Origin: Candidatus Binatia bacterium
GTDB lineage: Bacteria; Eisenbacteria; RBG-16-71-46; SZUA-252
Direction: 5' to 3'
DNA length: 64,000 nucleotides
Assembly (NCBI GenBank): GCA_035631035.1
Contig: DASQJL010000096.1
Span: forward strand, 1,234-65,233
Position numbers and translations under genes: made by a program. Below, piece by piece: positions 38,185 through 46,709 of the stretch (its first letter is position 1; each line of letters starts with the position of its first letter). The notes below the pieces were generated by a model, which saw only the letters and a list, made by a program, of their open reading frames with translations, was not told the DNA's origin and ran no database searches.

Positions 38185-38568
38185 CTACGCGTCGCCCGTG
38201 GGAATGATCCCACGTCGCTCCACCATCAAGATCACGGTGCGCTCCGGGGCGCGCGTCCGGTGCACCACGCCCCTGGGCACCACGAATCCCTGCTGCGGCG
38301 ACAGCTCCACCGTGCGGCTCTCCAGGTCGATCAGCAGCCGGCCCTCCACCACGAAGAAGAACTCGTCCTCCTCGTCATGCTTGTGCCAGTGGTATTCCCC
38401 TCGGATCACGCCGAGTCGCACGACCGAATCGTTCACCTGGCAGAGGGTCTGGTTGTACCAGGGATGGGTGCAGGCGGCGGCGAGCGCGGAAACGTCGATC
38501 AGCTCCAAGGGCTCATAGCGCACGTCCATGTGCGTGTCGTAAGGGTAGTTCTTGGGGTCGTCGGCCAT
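38185..38568 (-). CDS. Cupin-domain protein
   Basis: Start MADDPKNYPYDTHMDV with a GGAG SD. Cupin motifs (HWHKHDEEDEFFFVVEGR ... GVVHR). Divergent from lexA and shares the LexA-box region. Confidence 0.75.
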   Translation of the reverse strand: MADDPKNYPYDTHMDVRYEPLELIDVSALAAACTHPWYNQTLCQVNDSVVRLGVIRGEYHWHKHDEEDEFFFVVEGRLLIDLESRTVELSPQQGFVVPRGVVHRTRAPERTVILMVERRGIIPTGDA

Positions 38569-38629
38569 GCTCCACTCCTCGGGAAAAGGACAAGAACGGC
38601 TGAGGATACTCCTCGGCTGAGCCGCCCCC

Positions 38630-38658
38630 TTGACAACTGCACAAACGTTCACTATCTT
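38630..38658 (+). promoter_or_regulatory. lexA promoter (TTGACA-17-TATCTT) with an embedded LexA box TGCACAAACGTTCA (38638-38651)
   Basis: The operator sits between the -35 and -10 elements. It is near-identical to the dinB cassette. It matches the Fibrobacter-type consensus TGCNCN4GTGCA with one half-site variant (GTTCA). Confidence 0.6.
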
Positions 38659-38669
38659 CCTTTTCAGCC

Positions 38670-39428
38670 ATGAAGAAGAAGCCCAACCCCAGCGGGGCCC
38701 GGGGAAAGCGGCCCCCCACGCGCACGCCCTCTCCCGAGGCGATCCTCTCCTACATCGAGGAGTCGCTTCGCGATACGGGCCGCCCGCCCACGATTCGGGA
38801 AATCGGAGCCGTCTTCGGGATCGCCTCCACCAATGGAGTCCGCTACCACCTCGATAAGCTGGAGCGGGAAGGCAGGATCCGGCGGGATCGATTCACCAGT
38901 CGAGGCATCGAAGTACAGTTGGCCGGCGGGCGCGGCGCGACGCATATGGACACCTTGCCCTCCATGTCGCCCGCGTTTCGCCGAGCCAACGTTCCTCGAG
39001 GGACTGTGGCTGGCGTCCCCGGTGGCCTTGAACGGGATCTCCTTGAAGTCCCCCTCCTGGGCCACGTCGCCGCCGGCGCGCCCCTCCTCGCCGAAGAGCA
39101 CATCGAGGACACCCTGACCCTCGACCCGGCGATGGTGCGGCCCGGCGGCAAGCACTTCGCCCTGCGGGTGCGCGGCGACAGCATGAAGAACGCCGGGATC
39201 CTGGACGGCGACGTGGTCATCGTCCGGCACGACACTCCCGTGAAGAGCGGCGAGATCGCCGTCGTGCTGATCGGCGACGAAGCCACCGTGAAGCGCTTCT
39301 TTCCGCGGCGCGACAAGCTCCTGCTATTTCCTGAAAACGAAGACTACGAACCGATCGAAGTGCGTCCGGCCGATCCCGACGTGCGGGTGGCGGGCAAGGT
39401 GGTGGGTGTATTTCGGAGGCTCGGCTGA
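38670..39428 (+). CDS. lexA: LexA repressor (HTH + S24 autopeptidase) with a Lys/Arg/Pro-rich N-terminal extension
   Basis: PTIREIGAVFGIASTNGVRYHL HTH. Cleavage-site region VAAG. Catalytic S (VRGDSMKNAGILDGD) and K (ATVKRF). Confidence 0.9.
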   Translation: MKKKPNPSGARGKRPPTRTPSPEAILSYIEESLRDTGRPPTIREIGAVFGIASTNGVRYHLDKLEREGRIRRDRFTSRGIEVQLAGGRGATHMDTLPSMSPAFRRANVPRGTVAGVPGGLERDLLEVPLLGHVAAGAPLLAEEHIEDTLTLDPAMVRPGGKHFALRVRGDSMKNAGILDGDVVIVRHDTPVKSGEIAVVLIGDEATVKRFFPRRDKLLLFPENEDYEPIEVRPADPDVRVAGKVVGVFRRLG

Positions 39429-39724
39429 TGCTCCATGCGCGATCGTTTCCATCCGAGAGAGACGGCTACTTCATGATCGAGTCCATCCACGACCCCATCG
39501 AGGTCATCACCATGTTCTCCGGCGGAACGATGAAGCCGATCCGCTTCCGCTGGAAGAACAAGACCGTGCGCATCGCCAAGGTGACGGGGGACTGGGTCCG
39601 GCACGAGGGGGAGAACAAGGTCCACTACTTCGCGCTTCTCGCCGACAACGCGGACTACTACGAGATCCGCTACGACGCGCGCGAGATGACCTGGCAGCTC
39701 ACGCGGGTGTGGATGGAGGGGTAG
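39428..39724 (+). CDS. Small protein (98 aa) translationally coupled to lexA (stop/start overlap TGATG)
   Basis: GGAGG SD 8 nt upstream of the ATG that overlaps the lexA stop. The sequence KPIRFRWKNKTVRIAKVTGDWVRHEGENKVHYFALLADNADYYEIRYDAREMTWQL is beta-rich and has no known motif. Confidence 0.5.
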   Translation: MLHARSFPSERDGYFMIESIHDPIEVITMFSGGTMKPIRFRWKNKTVRIAKVTGDWVRHEGENKVHYFALLADNADYYEIRYDAREMTWQLTRVWMEG

Positions 39725-40193
39725 CCCCGCTCCACGTCCACGAGCCGAGCAGGCGCTCACGCCGGCGCCCGGGCCAGCGGCGGAACTCCTCGGACGGAAC
39801 GAACCCGAGCAGGCTGTCGCAGTCCTGGCGCCGGATGAAGCGGACCCACCCCGACAGCGGTTCCCGAACGAGAACGACACGGCCGGCGAAGATCTCCTCC
39901 AGCGCTCCGATGACGGCGCCGAGGATGGCTCCATCGGACGCCGCGCCCCAGACCAGGATCTTCTCGGCGGGACCGGGAGGGACGCCGTCGTCGTAGGCGA
40001 TCGTCGCCCCCTCCTCGTAGAGGTCGGCGCGAAGCTCATGTCCGGGGCGGCCCGGCACCGGCAGACGGACCGACATGTGGACCGTCATGGAATCCACGCT
40101 CGGGTCCAGCTCCGGATGAAGGGCCCGTAGACGCGCGGCCAGGAGCGTCGCGACCCGGCGGGTCTGCTCGGTCAGGGTGAGCGCGTGCTTCAA
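39699..40193 (-). CDS. Hypothetical protein (about 165 aa)
   Basis: TTG start overlapping the HAD stop (TTGA). It converges on the small lexA-linked ORF with a 26-nt overlap. The gene boundary is uncertain. Confidence 0.4.
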   Translation of the reverse strand: MKHALTLTEQTRRVATLLAARLRALHPELDPSVDSMTVHMSVRLPVPGRPGHELRADLYEEGATIAYDDGVPPGPAEKILVWGAASDGAILGAVIGALEEIFAGRVVLVREPLSGWVRFIRRQDCDSLLGFVPSEEFRRWPGRRRERLLGSWTWSGATPPSTPA

Positions 40194-40939
40194 GGGATCG
40201 CGCCCTCGTCGACATGCCCCGGGGCATGTCGCAGCTCGGACAGGCTGCGCACGATGCGATCGGGGCGTACGTCGCTGCCCGATGGGATCCCCGCGCCTCC
40301 TCGGTCGATCCAGATGGCGTAGATCCCGAGGCGCTGCGGGGCGGCGACGTCCCATTCGAGATTGTCCCCGGCCATCCAGGTCTCGTGCGGCGCGGCCTGC
40401 AGCTCGTCCAGCGCGATCCGGTACACGCGCGGATCGGGCTTGCCGTAACCCAGCTCCCCCTCGATCAGAACCAAATCGAAGAGCTCGGCCAGCTGAAAGC
40501 GCACCACCTTGCTCCTCTGGGCAGCCGCGGCGCCGTTCGTGAGGAGGGCCAGCCTGCGGCCGCTCTGCTTGAACCAGCGCACGGTCTCGATCGCATCCTC
40601 CAGCGGCTGGAGGCCCAGGTGCCGCTGGGCGCGATAGTGCTCCGCGATCTTCTCGGCCAGCTCCGGCGACTCGAGCCCGATCTCCACGAGCGAAGCGCGT
40701 ACGACCTCCCGCCGCGCGGCATCCAGGTCCAGGCGCCCCTCCCGATGGCGCTCGGGATCGGACCAGAACCACGCGCGCGTTTTCTCGATGACGGCGTGGA
40801 GCGCGGAGGGATCGACCGCGCCCAGCTCGTCGCGGTGGGCGCGGCAGGCCTCCAACCAGCAGTGGGAGACGTTGCCGCTGTCGTCGAGGATCGTGTCGTC
40901 GAGATCGAGGAGGACGGCCTTGGGAAGGGCTCCGGTCAC
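40190..40939 (-). CDS. HAD-superfamily hydrolase
   Basis: Motif I LLDLDDTILD. Motifs II and III (LLTNG, GDNLEWD). Confidence 0.8.
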   Translation of the reverse strand: MTGALPKAVLLDLDDTILDDSGNVSHCWLEACRAHRDELGAVDPSALHAVIEKTRAWFWSDPERHREGRLDLDAARREVVRASLVEIGLESPELAEKIAEHYRAQRHLGLQPLEDAIETVRWFKQSGRRLALLTNGAAAAQRSKVVRFQLAELFDLVLIEGELGYGKPDPRVYRIALDELQAAPHETWMAGDNLEWDVAAPQRLGIYAIWIDRGGAGIPSGSDVRPDRIVRSLSELRHAPGHVDEGAIP

Positions 40940-40949
40940 GGGCGCCGTC

Positions 40950-41750
40950 TCAAGCCCTGCTCCCGCGCACGGCCCACGCGCGCGCGATCAGGTGGATCGA
41001 GCCGTCCGCCTCGACCGGCAGCCGCGAGCGGATTCGGTCCCGCAGCGCGCCCCGGCGCGCCTCTTCCAGCGACATGGCGTAGCCCGGCGCGGGGCCCTGG
41101 CCGCCGAGGAAGGGGGACCAGTAGTCGTCGAAATCGCGAAACACGGTCGGGACGTCGATCGCACGCGTCCGGACGTCGCTCAGGTGCCCTCCGGAAAATA
41201 CATCGGCGAGCGCCTCGGGGTGGCAGAGCGGGAATCGGGTCCCTTCGTCCAGCTCGCGGGCCGCGGGATCGAGGGCGATGGCGGCGTCCCAGAAATGCCG
41301 GAGCAGCTCCATGCGCCCCGAGTAGTCCCAGACATAGGCCGCGGCGACGCCTCCGGGGCGGAGCGCGCGAGACATCTCGCCCACGGCGAGTGCCGGCTCC
41401 GGAACGAAGTTGAGGAGCAGGGCGGAAACCGCTGCGTCCACCGAGGCGTCCTCGACCGGAAGCGATCGGGCGTCGCCCACCTCGAACGTCGCGACCGTGC
41501 GCTCCCCGATGCGCGCACGGGCGTAGTCGACGTACGCGGGGGAGGCGTCGATGCTCCGCACCGACCGGGGGCTGGAGCGATCGAGAAGGGTCTGGGTCAA
41601 GGCACCGGTGCCGCACCCGACGTCGAGCCAGGCCCTGCCCGGCGGCACGTCGAGCCACGCGAGGAATTCGGGGGCCACGCGACGGCTCCATCGGCCGACG
41701 AAGGGCTCGTAGAGGTCGCCCGCGGCCCAGACGTCTTCGGGGGTCATCAC
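40950..41750 (-). CDS. Class I SAM-dependent methyltransferase
   Basis: Motif I LDVGCGTGALT. Divergent from dinB. Confidence 0.8.
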   Translation of the reverse strand: MMTPEDVWAAGDLYEPFVGRWSRRVAPEFLAWLDVPPGRAWLDVGCGTGALTQTLLDRSSPRSVRSIDASPAYVDYARARIGERTVATFEVGDARSLPVEDASVDAAVSALLLNFVPEPALAVGEMSRALRPGGVAAAYVWDYSGRMELLRHFWDAAIALDPAARELDEGTRFPLCHPEALADVFSGGHLSDVRTRAIDVPTVFRDFDDYWSPFLGGQGPAPGYAMSLEEARRGALRDRIRSRLPVEADGSIHLIARAWAVRGSRA

Positions 41751-41781
41751 GACAGTTTACTTGCCCCTTGCGGGCGCCATC

Positions 41782-41810
41782 TTGACAACTGCACAAATGT
41801 GCAATATCGT
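41782..41810 (+). promoter_or_regulatory. dinB operon promoter (TTGACA-17-TATCGT) with a perfect palindromic LexA box TGCACAAATGTGCA (41790-41803)
   Basis: Same cassette architecture as at lexA. It matches TGCNCN4GTGCA exactly. Confidence 0.65.
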
Positions 41811-41882
41811 AGTCGTGTGACCTGCTTGAGGCGCCTCGCCAGTCCTCGATCGTGGAACGCAGAGCCCTGGGAGTGACCTTCC

Positions 41883-43154
41883 GTGCGGATCGTGGCGCAC
41901 ATCGACATGGATGCCTTTTTCGCCTCGGTCGAGGAGAAGCTGAACCCGCGGCTCGCGGGAAAGCCGCTGGTCGTGGGAGGGTCCAGGGACAGCCGCGGGG
42001 TCGTCTCGGCGGCCAACTACGCGGCGCGTCCGTACGGGATCCACGCCGGCATGCCGATTGCCGAGGCGGTGCGCCTCTGTCCTGAAGCGGCCTTCATCGA
42101 AGGCGACCCCAGGAAGTACGTTCACATCTCTCTCCAGATCCTCGACACGCTGAAAGACTTCACCCCCATCGTCGAGCCGTTCAGCATCGACGAGGCGTTC
42201 CTCGACCTGACCGCGGTGGAGCGTCTTCGTCCTCGAACGGAAGACGGCGACCACGAGACCTGCCTGAACGCGGCGATCCCGCTCGCCCAGGCGATCCAGC
42301 GCGCGGTGCATCGGCGCGTGGGGCTGACGGCCTCGATCGGGATCGCCCCCAACAAGTACGTCGCCAAGATGGGGAGCGGCCTCCGGAAGCCGAACGGGCT
42401 CACGGTGCTCTCGATCCGCCGCTTTCGCGAGATCTTCGAATCGAAGCCGGTCAACGAGCTGTGGGGGATCGGAGAGAAGACGGCGGCTTCGCTCGCCACA
42501 CTCGGCATCCGCACGGCGGGGCAGCTCGCCCGCTTTCCCCGGGAGTTCCTGACCTATCATTTCGGGCTGAGCGGCGATCACATGCAGGATGCCGCGCGGG
42601 GCGACGACGAATCCGAGGTGGTGCCCTACTTCGAAGGGGTGCCGGTCAAGTCGATGGGGCACGAGTACACGCTGCCGGAGGACGTGTCGGATCGCGAGCG
42701 CATCCGCGCGCACCTCCTCCGCCTGAGCGATCAGGTGGGCCGACGCCTTCGCGTCGACGGATACCTGGGCCGTGTGATCGCGGTGAAGTTCCGCAATGCG
42801 CGCTTCAAGACCACCATCCGCCAGCGCGCGCTGGCCGAGGTGACCGACGACGAGAACGTCATCTATGGCACCGCGTGCATCCTCCTCGACGAGAACTGGG
42901 ACGGAAAGCCGCTGCGCCTGGTCGGCGTCTCGGTGTCGGACCTCGTCTCGGCGCAGGGATTCCATCAGCACGATCTCTTCTCCACCGACGAGCGCCGGCG
43001 AAGAATGACCGAGGCTGCGGATTCGCTGCGGAACAAGTTCGGGGACGCGGTCCTGGTGCGGGCGGGAGCGCTGGATCATGGCGACACGCAGCGCCTCTCT
43101 CGTGAGGGAGCCAGTCGGAGTCTCGTCCGGGTCCTCGCCGACGAGCGACGATGA
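41883..43154 (+). CDS. dinB: DNA polymerase IV (Y-family, DinB)
   Basis: N-terminal IVAHIDMDAFFASVEE and SIDEAFLDLT catalytic motifs. Confidence 0.9.
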   Translation: MRIVAHIDMDAFFASVEEKLNPRLAGKPLVVGGSRDSRGVVSAANYAARPYGIHAGMPIAEAVRLCPEAAFIEGDPRKYVHISLQILDTLKDFTPIVEPFSIDEAFLDLTAVERLRPRTEDGDHETCLNAAIPLAQAIQRAVHRRVGLTASIGIAPNKYVAKMGSGLRKPNGLTVLSIRRFREIFESKPVNELWGIGEKTAASLATLGIRTAGQLARFPREFLTYHFGLSGDHMQDAARGDDESEVVPYFEGVPVKSMGHEYTLPEDVSDRERIRAHLLRLSDQVGRRLRVDGYLGRVIAVKFRNARFKTTIRQRALAEVTDDENVIYGTACILLDENWDGKPLRLVGVSVSDLVSAQGFHQHDLFSTDERRRRMTEAADSLRNKFGDAVLVRAGALDHGDTQRLSREGASRSLVRVLADERR

Positions 43155-44143
43155 GCGACCGACCCAAGATCGTGCTCGGCACCTCGGGATGGTCCTTCAA
43201 GGACTGGGTGGGGCCCTTCTATCCGCCCGGCACGAATCGGGCGCACATGCTGGACTACTACGCGGGCGAGTTCCAGGCGGTCGAGGTGAACTCCACCTAT
43301 TACCGGATTCCGCACTGGCGCACGTTCGAGGCGATCGCGAAGAAGACGCCTCCCGGGTTCGAGATCGTCGTGAAGACGCACCACGACATGACGCACCTGC
43401 GCTCCCGCGAGCCCGATCTCTACCGGGACTTCGAGCGCTCCATCCAGCCGCTGCTCGAGGCGGGGAAGCTCACGGGGATCCTCGCGCAATTCCCCTACGC
43501 GTTCCGGCGCACGCGTGAAAACGAGGAGTTTCTTCACGCCCTGCCCGACCTCCTCGGCCGATGGGTACCGCTCTTCGTGGAGTTCCGCCACCGGTCCTGG
43601 GTGGACGACGCCGTCTTTCAGGATCTCCAGAAGGAGGGCCTTGGCTACGTCAGCGTGGACGAGCCGGACCTTCCGGGCCTGGTCCCGCCGATCGCGCGCC
43701 GCACGGGGCCGATCGGGTACGTCCGCTTTCATGGCCGGAACAAGGAGAAGTGGTGGGGGGCCGAGTCGCGCGATCGAGGGGCGCCCGACGGGCCGGGAGT
43801 GAAGCGGGATGCCGCGAAGAGCGCAACGCCCGATGACAGGGGCAAGGCCCGCACGCGAGTCCGCGCCGGTGCGGACTTGGGCCCGCTCTTCAGCGGCACT
43901 CCCGACCATCCCGCCGAGGCGCCACCCTTGCCGGCTCCGCCCGCCTCCGAGCCGCGCACGTCCAGCACGCGCTACGACTGGTCCTACACCGAAGAGGAGC
44001 TGCGCGAGTGGATGGACAAGATCCGTGAGATGACGCAGCAGGCCAAGAAGACGTTCGTCTTCTTCAACAACTGCCACGTGGGGCAGGCGGCGACCAGCGC
44101 CAAGCTGATGCGGAAGCTGCTCGAGGGGGAGGGGATGCTGTGA
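43151..44143 (+). CDS. DUF72 (YecE/TM1631-like TIM-barrel) protein with an inserted low-complexity segment
   Basis: N-terminal IVLGTSGWSFKDWVGPFYP and C-terminal FVFFNNCHVGQAATSA, typical of DUF72. ATGA overlap with dinB. Confidence 0.8.
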   Translation: MSDRPKIVLGTSGWSFKDWVGPFYPPGTNRAHMLDYYAGEFQAVEVNSTYYRIPHWRTFEAIAKKTPPGFEIVVKTHHDMTHLRSREPDLYRDFERSIQPLLEAGKLTGILAQFPYAFRRTRENEEFLHALPDLLGRWVPLFVEFRHRSWVDDAVFQDLQKEGLGYVSVDEPDLPGLVPPIARRTGPIGYVRFHGRNKEKWWGAESRDRGAPDGPGVKRDAAKSATPDDRGKARTRVRAGADLGPLFSGTPDHPAEAPPLPAPPASEPRTSSTRYDWSYTEEELREWMDKIREMTQQAKKTFVFFNNCHVGQAATSAKLMRKLLEGEGML

Positions 44144-44168
44144 GCCGGGGCGCGAGCGGAGCGGGGAC

Positions 44169-46676
44169 ATGACGGGCGGGGGTGTCGCGGGGGGAAGCGA
44201 TTTCGTCCACGGGCCGGGACTCTTCGACGCCGAGCGCGGCGAGCGCGGGCCGCGTTCCGGCGCTCCCGAGACCCTGGACGAGTACGAGGCGCTCCTGCAG
44301 GCGCTCACCTCGCGGGACCGTCGATTTGTCCACGGTCCCTACGGGCTCCGCCGCCGTCCGAACGAGCTGGTGCACCTGGAGCGCCTCCCGGCCCGGCCCG
44401 CCGTGTACGGCGACCTCGCCGAGCCTCTGCCGCAAGCGCTCCAGGGCGTGCTACGCGAGGCGGGCATCGAACGCCTCTACACCCACCAGGCCCAGGCGGT
44501 GGATCTCGCGCGCTCCGGCGCGAACGTCGCCGTCGCAACGGGCACCGCGTCGGGGAAGTCGCTCGCCTATCACCTGCCGATCCTCGAGCGGCTCCTCCTC
44601 CAGCCGGGCGCCACCGCGCTCTACCTGTTTCCGACCAAGGCCCTCGCCCAGGACCAGCTGCGCGGCCTCCTGCGCTTCGCCGCGGCGTCTCCAGCGCTCG
44701 GGCGCGCGCTCGCGACCGGCACCTACGACGGAGACACTCCCGGCGAGTCGCGCCGCAAGCTCCGCGAGCGCGCCAACGCGATCCTCACGAACCCCGACAT
44801 GCTCCACCAGGGGATCCTCCCGTACCACTCCCGATGGAGCCGGATCTTCTCCAACCTGCGCTACGTCGTGGTGGACGAGATGCATACCTATCGCGGCGTG
44901 TTCGGGTCCCACGTCGCCAACGTGCTCCGACGGCTGAAGCGGATCGCGCGCCACTACGGCGCCGATCCCCGCTTTCTTCTGAGCTCCGCCACCATTCGAA
45001 ATCCGCGCGAGCTGGCGGAGTCGCTGGTCGGGGAGCCGGTCCGTGTCGTGGACGAGGATGGCGCGCCCCGCGGACCCAAGCTCTTCGCGTTCTGGAATCC
45101 CAGACATGCCGGTCCCGAGCAGGCGGGCGCGCGAACCTCCACGTCGATCGAAGCCGAGCGCATCCTGGTCTCGCTCATCCGGCGGCAGGTCGCCTCGATC
45201 GCGTTCACGCGGTCGCGCGTCTCCGCCGAGCTGATCTACCGCTACGCGCGCGAGCAGCTGGAGGAGCGGGGGCGCCGCCGCGCCGAGAAGGCCGAGGGCG
45301 GGGCGGTCCCGCTCGCCGACCGGCTGAGTCCCTACCGCGGCGGCTACCTTCCCGAGGAACGGCGCGCCATCGAGCGCCGCCTCTTCGACGGGGACCTCCT
45401 CGGCGTCATCTCGACGAACGCGCTCGAGCTGGGGATCGATGTCGGGTCGCTGGACGCGGCCGTGCTCGTCGGCTTCCCCAACACCATCGCGAGCACCTGG
45501 CAGCAGGCGGGGCGCGCGGGCCGCTCGCAGGCGCCGTCGCTCGCGATCGTCGTCGCCTACGACGATCCGATCGATCAGTACCTGATGCGCCACCCCGAGT
45601 ACTTCTTCGCGCAATCGCCGGAGAGCGCCGTCGTGGATCCTTCCAACCCCTACGTGCTCGCGTCGCACCTCGCCTGCGCCGCGCACGAGCTGCCGCTCTC
45701 GCGCGCCGACGAGGTCTGGTTCGGGCCGAGGGCCGAGGCGCTCGGGCGCCTGCTGGAAGAGGAAGGCACCGTCAAGTCGCTCGACGGCCTCCGTTACTGG
45801 TCTTCGTCCGAATATCCGGCGGGGCGGGTCAACCTGCGCACCATCTCCGACGACACCTACACCATCCTCGAGCGGAAGCCCGGCGCTCCGGAAGCGGAGG
45901 CGAGGACCCTGGCCACGGTGGACGCGATCAGCGCGCCGGAGCTGATCTACCCCGAGGCGATCTATCTGCACGAGGGAGACACCTGGTTCGTGCGCGAGCT
46001 GGACCTGCAGCAGAAGGTCGCCTACGTCGAGCGGCAGGAGGTGGACTACTACACGCAGCCGGTGCTGGACACGCGGCTGCGGCTGACCGAGACCCGCGAA
46101 ACGAAGCGCTGCGGCGAGTGCGAGGTGGGCCTGGGGACAGCGAACGTCTCCTGGGCCACCGTCGCCTTCAAGAAGATCCGCTTTCGGAGTCTCGATGCCA
46201 TCGGCTATCACCCGCTCGATCTCCCCCGCCTGAACCTGGACACGGTGGCGCTCTGGATCCGCCCCGACGAGTCGGCGCGCGCGGCGGTGCGCGTGAAGGG
46301 GATGAATCCCGCCGAGGGGATGTCGGGACTCCGCAATCTGCTCGTCACGCTGCTTCCGCTTCACGCCATGTGCGACCGGCCGGACCTGGGAGGCGTCCTC
46401 GACAGCGCGAACCTCGGCGAGCAGGCGATCTTCCTCTACGACCGCTACCCGGGCGGGCTGGGCTACGCGGAGCGCGGCTACGCCATCGTGGACGACCTCC
46501 TGCGCGCGACGCTCCGCATGATCGAGGACTGCCCCTGCGAGATCGGGTGTCCCTCGTGCGTCGGCCTCCCGGTCCTCCGCCCCGCGCAGCAGCAGGACTA
46601 CGACCTGCACGGCGGCTGGCCCATCCCGAACAAGGCCGCCACGGAGGCGCTGCTCCGGCGCCTTCTCGGGGCCTGA
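44169..46676 (+). CDS. mrfA: MrfA-like DEAD/DEAH-box helicase with C-terminal DUF1998 zinc-binding domain
   Basis: Walker A ATGTASGKS. DEMH box (VVVDEMHTY). Helicase C motifs. C-terminal CPCEIGCPSCV cluster (DUF1998). Confidence 0.85.
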   Translation: MTGGGVAGGSDFVHGPGLFDAERGERGPRSGAPETLDEYEALLQALTSRDRRFVHGPYGLRRRPNELVHLERLPARPAVYGDLAEPLPQALQGVLREAGIERLYTHQAQAVDLARSGANVAVATGTASGKSLAYHLPILERLLLQPGATALYLFPTKALAQDQLRGLLRFAAASPALGRALATGTYDGDTPGESRRKLRERANAILTNPDMLHQGILPYHSRWSRIFSNLRYVVVDEMHTYRGVFGSHVANVLRRLKRIARHYGADPRFLLSSATIRNPRELAESLVGEPVRVVDEDGAPRGPKLFAFWNPRHAGPEQAGARTSTSIEAERILVSLIRRQVASIAFTRSRVSAELIYRYAREQLEERGRRRAEKAEGGAVPLADRLSPYRGGYLPEERRAIERRLFDGDLLGVISTNALELGIDVGSLDAAVLVGFPNTIASTWQQAGRAGRSQAPSLAIVVAYDDPIDQYLMRHPEYFFAQSPESAVVDPSNPYVLASHLACAAHELPLSRADEVWFGPRAEALGRLLEEEGTVKSLDGLRYWSSSEYPAGRVNLRTISDDTYTILERKPGAPEAEARTLATVDAISAPELIYPEAIYLHEGDTWFVRELDLQQKVAYVERQEVDYYTQPVLDTRLRLTETRETKRCGECEVGLGTANVSWATVAFKKIRFRSLDAIGYHPLDLPRLNLDTVALWIRPDESARAAVRVKGMNPAEGMSGLRNLLVTLLPLHAMCDRPDLGGVLDSANLGEQAIFLYDRYPGGLGYAERGYAIVDDLLRATLRMIEDCPCEIGCPSCVGLPVLRPAQQQDYDLHGGWPIPNKAATEALLRRLLGA

Positions 46677-46709
46677 CGCGCGCCGCGCCGCGCGCCGGAG
46701 ACAGGCCCG

